A DNA stretch of 64,000 bases, taken from the IMG/VR virus record IMGVR_UViG_3300046543_000050, one strand, 5' to 3'. Of this stretch, positions 27,921 to 36,788 are shown in pieces (position 1 is the stretch's first letter; every line of letters begins with the position of its first letter). Under the pieces are notes generated by a model, which did not search any database, was not told the origin of the DNA, and saw only the letters and a list, made by a program, of their open reading frames with translations. The translations under genes and the position numbers were made by a program. The stretch is from a virus. Its lineage: Duplodnaviria; Heunggongvirae; Uroviricota; Caudoviricetes.

Positions 27921-28124
27921 ATGCCAGACAATCATGCAGTCCAGACCGTCGATGACCTGATCGACCTTCTCTCGAAGTTCAACGGGTCTACCTTGATTCG
28001 CATTCAGGATCGACTGGTCCCAACCGTGGCACTGCGTATCACTGGCGTTCAGGAAGACGTGTTATCCGAGGCCAAGGGCGACTTCAACATCGTCTTGATC
28101 AACGTACAAACCGAGTTGGAATGA
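27921..28124 (+). CDS. hypothetical protein (67 aa)
   Basis: ORF. Confidence 0.4.
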   Translation: MPDNHAVQTVDDLIDLLSKFNGSTLIRIQDRLVPTVALRITGVQEDVLSEAKGDFNIVLINVQTELE

Positions 28125-28236
28125 TGATCTTGCACATTCGTCAGTCGTTTAATTGTCTGACGGTGGCATTCATGGGCGTGGTTTGCTTATCCTTGCTCGC
28201 CGTCTGGGACGTACTCACACAAACAAATTCAAAATA

Positions 28237-28719
28237 ATGGACACAAAAATGAAAAAAGGCGAAATGCTCTCAAAGATGTTGCTTCTGGTCACGCAACGAT
28301 TCGACGGAAAGTATGACAAGTCCGGGCAACCGTATGTCCTGCACTTGCTGAAGGTCATGCACTACTGCAAGACCGACGACGAAGACCTGATGTGTGGTGC
28401 TCTGGGGCACGATCTGGTCGAGGACACGAACACGACCTATCAGGAACTTCGCGACATGGGATTCCCGTCCCGCGTCATCAAGATCATCCGCAACATGACC
28501 AAGGTTCCCGGCGAGACTGAGGGCGACTATCTGGACCGCCTCATGAGCGACAAGGATTCAATCGTCGTCAAGCTGGCGGACCTTCGGCACAACAGCGACA
28601 TCCGCCGCCTGAAGGGGCTGACCGAGAAGGACTTCGGGCGGATGCAGAAGTACCATCGGATGTTCCTGACGCTGACTGAAGCACTCTCGAAGTGCCATCT
28701 CAACGCAGAACCCGCTTGA
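28237..28719 (+). CDS. HD-domain hydrolase resembling RelA/SpoT small alarmone ((p)ppGpp) hydrolases
   Basis: HD motif ALGHDLVEDT and downstream helical hydrolase-domain residues; start ATG 28237 chosen rather than the track's 28153. Confidence 0.65.
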   Translation: MDTKMKKGEMLSKMLLLVTQRFDGKYDKSGQPYVLHLLKVMHYCKTDDEDLMCGALGHDLVEDTNTTYQELRDMGFPSRVIKIIRNMTKVPGETEGDYLDRLMSDKDSIVVKLADLRHNSDIRRLKGLTEKDFGRMQKYHRMFLTLTEALSKCHLNAEPA

Positions 28720-28743
28720 CACGAATTCCCAAACCTGTATAAT
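28716..28743 (+). promoter_or_regulatory. class-A early promoter TTGACAcgaATTCCCAAACCTGTATAAT
   Basis: Consensus -35/-10, extended TG, conserved spacer and downstream ATTACATCG. Confidence 0.65.
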
Positions 28744-28775
28744 CATTACATCGACAACACGACCGGGAGATACAA

Positions 28776-29144
28776 ATGGGACTTCGCATCGATGTGTACC
28801 GTAGTGCCGATGGATATGACTGCACCATGAACGGCATCTCGTCACGCTTCAAGACGCTGACGCTGGTGAACGTGCCGGGTCCGTCACAGCCGACCGACCA
28901 GTACCCCGCCGCGATCCTAGACAACCACGTCGCGGGATGCTTGCGGATCGTCCCGGCAGTGGTTGATGGGGCTGGTGGTTGGAAGAAGAATCCCAATTGG
29001 GCGATGATGGGTGGCAACTACGGCGGATCATCCGACAGTCGGTTTGGAGAGGCGTGCCAGCGTCTTCTGGGTCATCGCTTCTATGGTCTGGTCGCGATCC
29101 ACGACCGCTACGAAACGGCAGAACATTCCGCAACTTACGACTGA
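28776..29144 (+). CDS. hypothetical protein (122 aa)
   Basis: RBS gggagatac. Confidence 0.5.
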   Translation: MGLRIDVYRSADGYDCTMNGISSRFKTLTLVNVPGPSQPTDQYPAAILDNHVAGCLRIVPAVVDGAGGWKKNPNWAMMGGNYGGSSDSRFGEACQRLLGHRFYGLVAIHDRYETAEHSATYD

Positions 29145-29146
29145 AC

Positions 29147-29401
29147 ATGAACCTACTGACACACTACACGCCGTTCATCGCATACGTGCGACAGGTGGCA
29201 CATGAGAAACGTCAATCCGCTGGCTACAATGGCGAGTGGAATGACGGCGGCGCGCAAGCACTGGAAGACGTTGCAGATGCTTTCAAGGCCGGACTCGCCG
29301 GGAACGTCCCGGCAGCACTGGCGAAGCACCACAGCGAATTCACGAAGGTGAACGATCCTGATTACGCGAAGTATCTCGAACTGAAAGCGAAGTTCGCTTG
29401 A
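29147..29401 (+). CDS. hypothetical protein (84 aa)
   Basis: Coupled ORF. Confidence 0.45.
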   Translation: MNLLTHYTPFIAYVRQVAHEKRQSAGYNGEWNDGGAQALEDVADAFKAGLAGNVPAALAKHHSEFTKVNDPDYAKYLELKAKFA

Positions 29402-29471
29402 CGAATACCCAAAGTTGGGATAAGATAGCACCTGTCCCAACTTTGGGATGTAACCGAAAGGAGAGCAAAAC

Positions 29472-29783
29472 ATGGGACGAATTCTGACACCGAAGTACGC
29501 AATCGACATCTTCGAAACCCGTCTGGTCGAGGGTCAGTTCAAGTCGGTCAAGGCCATCGACGCATTGGCATGGAACACCCGGTCCTTTGGCCGCGCGAGC
29601 ACTGAGAACCTTGAGAAGTACGTTCTCGCATACGGGAAGTCTCTGGAAATCGGCGGGACCAACGAGCACATCTCGAAGGAACTTGGCTACATCCCGTATC
29701 CGAATCGCGCAGTCATCCGCTTCAATCACGCACACGGCGCGACCATCGCATCATGGGTTGCACCGCAGTTCATGGTCTGGTAA
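29472..29783 (+). CDS. hypothetical protein (103 aa)
   Basis: Promoter with 13-bp inverted repeat CCCAAAGTTGGGA/TCCCAACTTTGGG; RBS aaaggagag. Confidence 0.5.
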   Translation: MGRILTPKYAIDIFETRLVEGQFKSVKAIDALAWNTRSFGRASTENLEKYVLAYGKSLEIGGTNEHISKELGYIPYPNRAVIRFNHAHGATIASWVAPQFMVW

Positions 29784-29785
29784 TC

Positions 29786-29971
29786 ATGGCATACAGGGGA
29801 TACCGGTTTGCCGTGGAATGGATCGCGATGAACGATAATCCAGCGGATCGCGATCTTGATTCTATCGGTGGCTACATATCAACCCTTCTTCTCGCCGACA
29901 TGTTCTTCAAGGACGCGAAGACTGTAGCCAAAGCCATCCTTCTGATTCGTGAATATGATCTAGGAGATTGA
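29786..29971 (+). CDS. hypothetical protein (61 aa)
   Basis: ORF. Confidence 0.35.
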   Translation: MAYRGYRFAVEWIAMNDNPADRDLDSIGGYISTLLLADMFFKDAKTVAKAILLIREYDLGD

Positions 29972-29974
29972 TCT

Positions 29975-30205
29975 ATGTCGATGCACTGTACTCAGATGCG
30001 CCGTATGCTGGTTCGGCGCGGACGCCTTGATGTTCATGGTAAGGTCAAGGTTGAGCCTGAGTCGGCCAATTGGGTCACTACAGAATGCCACATCCCGCTT
30101 TTCACGGATCAGGATCGTGAGCGCGGGAAGTGTGAGGCATGTTTCACTGGCTGGACGCATTACCTGAATTTCCCGGTGGAAGACAACGAAGACGAGGACA
30201 TCTGA
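29975..30205 (+). CDS. hypothetical Cys-containing protein (76 aa)
   Basis: ORF; C...C...CxxC. Confidence 0.4.
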   Translation: MSMHCTQMRRMLVRRGRLDVHGKVKVEPESANWVTTECHIPLFTDQDRERGKCEACFTGWTHYLNFPVEDNEDEDI

Positions 30206-30206
30206 A

Positions 30207-30452
30207 ATGGGACGACCCGCAACTGCATGGCGTAGTAGTTCATCCTACTACCGCAACATAGGAACCTATCACAATCGGTCCAATGGGTCATCTGGACCGT
30301 CCAGCACTGGTCCGACAGGTGCAGACATCCTGAACGAGATGGGTGACGCAGGAGTTGACCTATTCATCATCGCAATCCCTCTGGCCGTGGCTGGCTGCAT
30401 CTGCCTTGCGAACTGGGTGTGCGGAAAGATGCGAGAAGACAAACGGAGATAA
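30207..30452 (+). CDS. small membrane protein (81 aa)
   Basis: C-terminal TM LFIIAIPLAVAGCICLANWVCG. Confidence 0.35.
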   Translation: MGRPATAWRSSSSYYRNIGTYHNRSNGSSGPSSTGPTGADILNEMGDAGVDLFIIAIPLAVAGCICLANWVCGKMREDKRR

Positions 30453-30456
30453 GGAC

Positions 30457-30714
30457 ATGCGTTCGATTGGCCCACATGAAGAACTCCCGGTTGGTACACA
30501 CGTCCGCGTCGGTAATAAGTTCGGCACGGTCGTCAAGGCTTCAGAAGAACGGGCTGTCCCGGCTGGAATGATCATGGTTCATACCATTCAGTTCACGTCG
30601 CGCGTGGTTCGTGGGGTTGGATGTCGCACTTCCAAACCCAGACCCCTGAAGACGCCTTATACTTCAACCGTCAATTACTCGTCCATCAACGTACTCGATC
30701 AGGATATGAGATGA
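30457..30714 (+). CDS. hypothetical protein (85 aa)
   Basis: RBS ggagataagg. Confidence 0.4.
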   Translation: MRSIGPHEELPVGTHVRVGNKFGTVVKASEERAVPAGMIMVHTIQFTSRVVRGVGCRTSKPRPLKTPYTSTVNYSSINVLDQDMR

Positions 30715-31010
30715 ACATTATCAAGATGGCAATAGTGGTTTCGATAGTCTTTGTCCTGAAGAAAATCAGGCGAATGACTCTGTACATGGCGAAGTGTACG
30801 GCCATGCTGGTTGTCACGGACGATGTGTGGGCTGACATCAATCAGATGCAATGGGAGTCGGCGAAGACCAAGTTGGCCTTTGCTCAACAGGTATGGGGCG
30901 ACGATCCCGACATCATCTATGCGCTGATGATGATTCGAGAACTACAGGAGGAAGTTGATCGTGAGTACATGGCATCAGTTGCAGGGAACGCCGGTTCCTC
31001 TGTGGCATGA
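30711..31010 (+). CDS. membrane protein (99 aa)
   Basis: TM MAIVVSIVFVL. Confidence 0.4.
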   Translation: MNIIKMAIVVSIVFVLKKIRRMTLYMAKCTAMLVVTDDVWADINQMQWESAKTKLAFAQQVWGDDPDIIYALMMIRELQEEVDREYMASVAGNAGSSVA

Positions 31011-31215
31011 ATCGAAGTGGACCGTGGTCGATGATAAATCAAACTGTCCGCTGGTTATCGTCAGATGTGATGACGCAAAGTCGGCGGAAGACATGGCTGA
31101 GAAGACGGGTGGTTATGTGATCCCGCCGCATCTACCTCTGGACCCTAAGAGGAAGTACGGTAAGAAAGTGTAGTCGAAGTAAAACACAAAGAACAAATAA
31201 TTCACAGGATTAAAG

Positions 31216-31398
31216 ATGGCAAAGGCATCTGGTTTTTGGAAGTCGCTCTCATTCACCGGTAATACCCGCACGACTACATCGAGCGGTCCCGGTCGTATAA
31301 CAAAGTCCACGTCAACCCGAACCACTGGTTCAGGTAGCACGAGAACTGTAATGTCTGGTCCGATCAATGGGGTGAAGAAATCCAGAAAAGCCCGGTAG
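31216..31398 (+). CDS. small basic Ser/Thr/Gly-rich protein (60 aa)
   Basis: RBS ttaaag; low-complexity. Confidence 0.3.
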   Translation: MAKASGFWKSLSFTGNTRTTTSSGPGRITKSTSTRTTGSGSTRTVMSGPINGVKKSRKAR

Positions 31399-31412
31399 AA
31401 ATACAATTTGTT

Positions 31413-31445
31413 TGGCACGGTTCATCTGACCGTGCCAGTTTTATA
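31413..31445 (+). terminator. rho-independent terminator GGCACGGT...ACCGTGCC + TTTTAT
   Basis: 8-bp stem. Confidence 0.5.
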
Positions 31446-31690
31446 AACACCGTCCACTAGAAATTCAAGAGAGGATAAAGAGTGCTGGTTCGAGTAGCTT
31501 TACTATTCGCCTGTAGCGCGGGCGCTTTATATGTCTTCCTGTCCTGTTTCAATCAGATCAACAGGAAGGCATGGACTGTCTTTTTCAAGGCGGCATCCAA
31601 GGTTTTGTTATGTCTGGTCTTCGGCGCACTCGTTGTGACCGCGACCGGAATTCTTTCGCAGTTATCCAATTAAAAGGTTTTGAACAACAT

Positions 31691-32488
31691 ATGAAATTCC
31701 TGAAAGTCCTGTTGGTTTCTTTCGTAGTCCTGATGATGGCGGCATGTGGTCGGATCGATACGGGTCACACTGGCGTCCGCACAAGCTGGAACAAGCAAGT
31801 CCAGACCCAAGTCGTGACGCCCGGATTCTACGTCGCAGTGACCGATGATGTCGTGCAGTACGTGACCAACGAAATCACGTTCAAGATGGAAAACGAGAAG
31901 CCGCAGACCTCGGACAAGACGTATCTGAAAGACCTTGACGCGACCTATACGTGGCAAGTGACATCGGGTGATCTGCCGACACTCGTAACCCGCTTCAAGA
32001 ACCGCACATTCGTCCAAGGCGACGACCGTTATCCGATGGGTATCTACGTCGATGCAGTGATGCAGCGCAGCTTGGCACAGGCCGTCAGTGAAGTCGATGC
32101 ACTCGACGCGAACCAGAAGCGGTCATTCATCGAAAGCGAGACGATCCGCTTTGCTACGGAAAAGTTCAAAGAAGAAAATTTGGATCATGACATCAAGATC
32201 AATCAGGTGATCGTGAAGAACATCGAAGTCGATCCAAAGCTTCAAGACTCGATCTTGCGCAACGTGACCGCGATCAAAGACAACCAGACCAAAGACACCG
32301 AAATCGATTCGGCGCGCAAAGAAGCCTTGCGTATGGCTGCACTGACGGCGAACGCGAACAACCCGGCCTACATCTCGATCCTGAACGCACAGGCAAACAT
32401 GAAGATTGCAGAAGGCATCGCGAACGGTCGTGTGAACACCATTGTGGTCCCGTCCGACTTCAAGGGCATCGTGAACACGGCGAAGTAA
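31691..32488 (+). CDS. SPFH/band-7 (prohibitin-like) lipoprotein
   Basis: Signal peptide with lipobox MAAC; SPFH-like core; ~265 aa. Confidence 0.55.
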   Translation: MKFLKVLLVSFVVLMMAACGRIDTGHTGVRTSWNKQVQTQVVTPGFYVAVTDDVVQYVTNEITFKMENEKPQTSDKTYLKDLDATYTWQVTSGDLPTLVTRFKNRTFVQGDDRYPMGIYVDAVMQRSLAQAVSEVDALDANQKRSFIESETIRFATEKFKEENLDHDIKINQVIVKNIEVDPKLQDSILRNVTAIKDNQTKDTEIDSARKEALRMAALTANANNPAYISILNAQANMKIAEGIANGRVNTIVVPSDFKGIVNTAK

Positions 32489-32507
32489 TTCCCAAACCTG
32501 TTTGTGC

Positions 32508-32536
32508 TTGACAAGACTCCCGGACTGGCGTATGAT
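32508..32536 (+). promoter_or_regulatory. early promoter TTGACA-N17-TATGAT preceded by AATTCCCAAACCTG and carrying inverted repeat CTCCCGG/CCGGGAG
   Basis: aattcccaaacctgtttgtgcttgacaagactcccggactggcgtatgat. Confidence 0.55.
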
Positions 32537-32567
32537 TCATTTCATACCAACCAACCGGGAGTTTTTC

Positions 32568-32954
32568 ATGAAGAACCTGAACATCGTTGACGTAGCTGTG
32601 GCATCGGACCTCTACGAAGCTGGTCGCACGGAAGATGGCGAACAGTACACGGCAGAGCTTTATTATGTGATCGTTGAATTCATGAACGGTGCTCGGATGC
32701 GCCACAAGAGTTCCTTCCCCGGTTGCGAAGCGATTTCATCGTGGGACGAAGAAGATTATGGCATGGTATTCTTCAAAGACATCCGGGCGGAAGCCATCGC
32801 CAAGGCCGAACGTCTGGCAGATCAGGTTCGACTGGCACTTGAACAGGGGCGTTCGTTGGATTACAAATATTGGAATGACGCTGAACCGGTTTATGGATCG
32901 CGGGTGTATCTTGATCTGGTTGCCGATATGACCCCGGAACAGCGCGCAGAGTAA
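32568..32954 (+). CDS. hypothetical protein (128 aa)
   Basis: ORF after promoter. Confidence 0.45.
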   Translation: MKNLNIVDVAVASDLYEAGRTEDGEQYTAELYYVIVEFMNGARMRHKSSFPGCEAISSWDEEDYGMVFFKDIRAEAIAKAERLADQVRLALEQGRSLDYKYWNDAEPVYGSRVYLDLVADMTPEQRAE

Positions 32955-33003
32955 TCTAAGTTTGTCTGACAAGAATAATAGTTTCAACCCACGGAGTCCA
33001 ACC

Positions 33004-33201
33004 ATGTCCTACAAAATCACCATCGAAGTTGAAACTGGCAACGCGGCATTTGAAGATGACAACGAGGGCCACGAAGTCCGGCGAATCCTAGAGATTGCCG
33101 CCAAGCGGTTCGGAGTGATGGGTGTCCTGCAATGCGATGGAACCCCTCTGGCCGACATCAACGGTAATCGGGTTGGTCAGATAAAGGTGCAGTCGATATG
33201 A
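33004..33201 (+). CDS. hypothetical protein (65 aa)
   Basis: RBS cacggagtcc. Confidence 0.4.
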   Translation: MSYKITIEVETGNAAFEDDNEGHEVRRILEIAAKRFGVMGVLQCDGTPLADINGNRVGQIKVQSI

Positions 33202-33449
33202 CAACCTTTCACGAGTGGTCCGATTCGGTCAAGGCCATTCTCCCGTCACTGTCAAAGGTGGCGAGCGAGAATGGCCTTTTTCTCAATCAGGAAGCCGCTG
33301 TCAGGCTTCTGGACGAGGGCGAGTACCTAACGGTCTACGCGATGGTCCAATCGGTCTGTGAGGGTCTACAGACCATCCCCTGTGCATCAATGGCATATGA
33401 GGAAATCTGTGAATTAGTCTCCCTGTATCCGCATGAAGAACAGCACTAA
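33198..33449 (+). CDS. hypothetical protein (83 aa)
   Basis: Coupled ORF. Confidence 0.4.
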   Translation: MTTFHEWSDSVKAILPSLSKVASENGLFLNQEAAVRLLDEGEYLTVYAMVQSVCEGLQTIPCASMAYEEICELVSLYPHEEQH

Positions 33450-33669
33450 GCTTCAACAGTCCAGACAGTTCTTCCAGACGAGGACCGACCCCGGCATCTA
33501 TGCCTACCGTGGGTTCGAAATCTGGAAGGACGCATACCGCGAACTCTGGGTCATCAATGGACCCAAGGGTGGCGCATTCCGCTATCTCAAAGAAGCCAAA
33601 CAACATATCGACTGGATCATCAAGTATCCGTCGAAGAAACCATTAGTCAAACCAGAACCAGATGTCTAA
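33433..33669 (+). CDS. hypothetical protein (78 aa)
   Basis: Coupled ORF. Confidence 0.4.
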   Translation: MKNSTKLQQSRQFFQTRTDPGIYAYRGFEIWKDAYRELWVINGPKGGAFRYLKEAKQHIDWIIKYPSKKPLVKPEPDV

Positions 33670-34042
33670 TAAAGCAAAACTAGGATACGTCACACTCCCC
33701 GCAGAATACGTCTTCGAACGTGCCATCACTGTACTGACCGACATCGAACAGAGTCGCCAAGCCAAGGCCGACGAGTTCATCCAGACGGTCATGGAATCTC
33801 CAACCAAGTCCCGCTTCTTCCCCAAGCCAGCATGGACCCGAGAACAGGCCATCGAAGCCATCAAGACCACGGAAAACCTTGATTGGTACTGGTGGGGCCT
33901 GAATCCCGAGAACCGCACCGACAAACAGAAGGCGCTCGACAAGCTGATCGCGGTGTCGTGCAAGCTGTGTTCACACTCGGACTATCGTCTTGAAAACACA
34001 GACATGCAGTTGACCATCGAAGTCGCAAACTGGTTGGTTTGA
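33662..34042 (+). CDS. hypothetical protein (126 aa)
   Basis: Coupled ORF. Confidence 0.45.
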   Translation: MSNKAKLGYVTLPAEYVFERAITVLTDIEQSRQAKADEFIQTVMESPTKSRFFPKPAWTREQAIEAIKTTENLDWYWWGLNPENRTDKQKALDKLIAVSCKLCSHSDYRLENTDMQLTIEVANWLV

Positions 34043-34192
34043 GAAATTTCAAACAAATTTGCGAATAGTGGTTGACATTCCCATCAATGTCTGTAGAATT
34101 CGTTCTCAGGGTGTGACGCAAAACAAACGAAAGCGAAGCCCCTGTAAACCAACCCTGTAGTTCTTCTACTTCTCTTGAAAAGGTCATACATC

Positions 34193-34717
34193 ATGAAAAA
34201 GATCGCACTCGCAGTCATCGCCGCTCTCTCCCTCTCGACGGCAGCTTTCGCCCACGACAACAACGTTGGTCAATCGGGTTCCGTGGCCGGTCAACTGAAT
34301 CTCGGCGCACAGACCTCGACGTACACCGGCAACATCAACGGCGGCGCAACGAGCGTGTCGAACGGTAACGCTGTGACGGCGGCACAAGTCGGTGGTCAAG
34401 GCCAATCGATCCAGTCGGCAGCAAACCAAACTGGCGGCACGTCGAGCATCGGCGGCGCGGTCAACGCTGGTGGCGTGACGGTCGGTTCGAACACGACGCA
34501 GTACAGCAATTCGCAAGTGACCGGGAACGTGTCGGGGAATGCTCCCGCGATGGATGGTAACTCCATCTCGAACGGCGGCGCAGCGTTCGGCAACACGACC
34601 ACGACCGCGAATGTCGGTTCGAACTTCAACTCGAACGTCCAAGGCGGCACCCTCGGCATCAACGGTTCGGCAGCGTTCCAAGCAGTCGGCGCGTTCGGCG
34701 GAAACCACGGCTTCTAA
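34193..34717 (+). CDS. secreted Gly/Asn/Ser/Gln/Thr-rich low-complexity protein (curlin-like repeats)
   Basis: Signal peptide MKKIALAVIAALSLSTAAFA; degenerate S-x-N/Q-x-G-x-G-N-like repeats; promoter TTGACA 34061 with ATTCCCA spacer. Confidence 0.55.
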   Translation: MKKIALAVIAALSLSTAAFAHDNNVGQSGSVAGQLNLGAQTSTYTGNINGGATSVSNGNAVTAAQVGGQGQSIQSAANQTGGTSSIGGAVNAGGVTVGSNTTQYSNSQVTGNVSGNAPAMDGNSISNGGAAFGNTTTTANVGSNFNSNVQGGTLGINGSAAFQAVGAFGGNHGF

Positions 34718-34801
34718 AGTCGGCGGCAGTTCACTGAGTAGCACTACTACATGAAGTACAGGGGAGTCCGGGGTGGCTCCCCTCCAACCGGGATACGAAA
34801 A

Positions 34802-35407
34802 ATGAAGAAAATCATCATCGCCGCATTCATGTCGCTCGCAGCTTTCGCAGCACAAGCACAGGTTGTCGGTAGCACGGCACAAACCACGACGAACACGAAT
34901 TCGACGGCGGGCGCACTGAACCAAGGCGTCTCGCTTCAGAACACCTTCAACAGCCCGGACAAGACCACGTATGACGGTTCGTACACCGTCAAGTCTGCCC
35001 CGGCAATCGCAGCACCCGCTGGCTATGGTTCGTTCTCCCAATCGAACTGTATGGTGTCGGCGACGGCGGGCGTCTCCCTGATCGGCTTCGGTGCAACGGG
35101 TCAAGCCCCGGTTGATGGCGCACACTGCGATCTGCGTCAGGATCAACAAAACTTGAATGCTGGCGCGATGACGATCCACAACTTCGTCGCTGCAAACCCG
35201 GCACTGGACGATGGCATGAAACGTCGCATGGAACTGAAGGCCGCTGCAATGCTGTCAGCCGCCGCAGACATGTCGTGCCTTGCATCCGACCGCCAACGCG
35301 CCGTGATGGAGAAGCAAGGTCTGTGCGGTGCGGTCGATGATGTCGCGACGATGGATCACAGGTTTGGTCAGCCCCGCAACTATCAAGTCGATTACGCGAG
35401 CAAGTAG
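34802..35407 (+). CDS. second secreted low-complexity protein with Cys-containing C-terminal domain
   Basis: Signal peptide MKKIIIAAFMSLAAFAAQA; Thr/Asn-rich N-terminal region; 5 Cys. Confidence 0.55.
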   Translation: MKKIIIAAFMSLAAFAAQAQVVGSTAQTTTNTNSTAGALNQGVSLQNTFNSPDKTTYDGSYTVKSAPAIAAPAGYGSFSQSNCMVSATAGVSLIGFGATGQAPVDGAHCDLRQDQQNLNAGAMTIHNFVAANPALDDGMKRRMELKAAAMLSAAADMSCLASDRQRAVMEKQGLCGAVDDVATMDHRFGQPRNYQVDYASK

Positions 35408-35464
35408 TTGACAGGTATTCCCGGACTTGGTACAATTCGTTTCTAAGTTCAAGAAGGGGTAGAG

Positions 35465-35617
35465 ATGAAGAAGAACAAGACGAAGTGGAAAGGGAACAAG
35501 ATCGTAATTGAACTTGTTCCACTCAAACCACGGATCGGAGTGATCTTCTCCAAGGTTGTCAGCAACAAGAAGTTGAAGAAGTACAAAGTTAAACATAAAC
35601 ACAAGGCTGAAGATTGA
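35465..35617 (+). CDS. small highly basic protein (50 aa), not in the ORF track
   Basis: Promoter TTGACA 35402 / TACAAT; RBS aaggggtagag; MKKNKTKWKGNKIVIELVPLKPRIGVIFSKVVSNKKLKKYKVKHKHKAED. Confidence 0.35.
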   Translation: MKKNKTKWKGNKIVIELVPLKPRIGVIFSKVVSNKKLKKYKVKHKHKAED

Positions 35618-35985
35618 AACCTCTGATCCACGCAAAGATAACGGTGAAGACCTATGGCGGCAAAGTCGAAGATTATCTGGACATTCATAACTTTATTGAT
35701 TCTTCTAAGTCTGCTCACCCAGACATCCGCCATCGGGCGATTCTGCATTCAGCTTTTGGATGCTTTCTCGTTGAGCGCATATTCGGGACGTATCTGACGA
35801 ACTCGGATGGCAAGGATGTTTCCGTGCGCGACATCGCGGAAGAACACATCATCCAAGACTTGGGATTCATCCCGACGATGGAGCAATACCTGAACAACAT
35901 GACGATTCAGCCGTGGATGTCCGGGTCCGAGAAGCGAAACGAGAACATCGCGAAAGCACAATTCATCCCCTTTGATTCGGACTAA
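35614..35985 (+). CDS. hypothetical protein (123 aa; TTG start uncertain)
   Basis: ORF. Confidence 0.45.
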   Translation: MKPLIHAKITVKTYGGKVEDYLDIHNFIDSSKSAHPDIRHRAILHSAFGCFLVERIFGTYLTNSDGKDVSVRDIAEEHIIQDLGFIPTMEQYLNNMTIQPWMSGSEKRNENIAKAQFIPFDSD

Positions 35986-36102
35986 ACCATGCACATGTCG
36001 TTTGAAACACTGGCCGCAACTGCCGTAGTAATCGTGGCAATGTACCTGACCCTCGAAGCAGTACTGTTCCACCCTAAACAACTTAAAAAGAAGACGAAGT
36101 AA

Positions 36103-36570
36103 ATGAGCAACATCAAACAACTGATTGAAGACTTCAAGAAGCAACAAGCAGAATTCAGCAAGAAGGCTAAAGCTTCGCTGACCGAACTGTTCAAGGCGAC
36201 ACTTGACGCGCATCCCGAGATTCACTTCATCGCGTGGACGCAGTATTCACCGTACTTCAATGACGGCGAAGAATGCATCTTCAGTGCGAATCCGATCTTC
36301 GCATCGAACTGCACCGACCCGAGCGACGTTCGCTATGGTGAGTACGAAGGCGACGACATCGAAGAAGGCGAAGCCCCGATTTGGGTATATGACGGCGATT
36401 ATGGTAACTACGGTGACGTTCCCGCGAACATCGAATCGTCCCTCGATGAACTGAACGAAGTTATTCAGTCCTCGGAAATCGAAGACGTTCTGCATACGGC
36501 ATTCGGCAACCACGTTCGCGTCGTCGTGACCCGCGAAGGCATCTCAACCGAACAATACGACCACGATTAA
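36103..36570 (+). CDS. acidic hypothetical protein (155 aa)
   Basis: ORF. Confidence 0.5.
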   Translation: MSNIKQLIEDFKKQQAEFSKKAKASLTELFKATLDAHPEIHFIAWTQYSPYFNDGEECIFSANPIFASNCTDPSDVRYGEYEGDDIEEGEAPIWVYDGDYGNYGDVPANIESSLDELNEVIQSSEIEDVLHTAFGNHVRVVVTREGISTEQYDHD

Positions 36571-36579
36571 TAGGCACAC

Positions 36580-36780
36580 ATGAGCACGAAACTTCTGGTG
36601 ATCGACACCCAAACCCGCGTGGTTCACTCTTTCGACGGCAACTATCGTTGCGGTGAAGCGCATCTCCCGGCAGACGAAGACCTCGGACCTGCCACGCATT
36701 TGATCGCAGAACTGAATGAGTTCCGCGAATCGGCGGATGCTGAGAAGTATCGTGCTGAACGCGAAGAACAATCGAACTAA
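36580..36780 (+). CDS. hypothetical protein (66 aa)
   Basis: ORF. Confidence 0.4.
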   Translation: MSTKLLVIDTQTRVVHSFDGNYRCGEAHLPADEDLGPATHLIAELNEFRESADAEKYRAEREEQSN

Positions 36781-36788
36781 GAGGCGAC

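Noticed and set aside
28153-28236. Track start of the HD-domain gene at 28153
   Set aside because: The N-terminal extension (MSDGGIHGRGLLILARRL...) lies in the intergenic region and is unlikely to be coding. The ATG at 28237 (MDTKMKKGEM) is preferred, although no strong RBS is visible for either.
34184-35179. 331-aa minus-strand Arg/Cys-rich ORF
   Set aside because: It is antisense to the two secreted low-complexity protein genes. GC-rich repeats keep the antisense frame open, and the composition (Arg/Cys/His-rich) is typical of a spurious frame.
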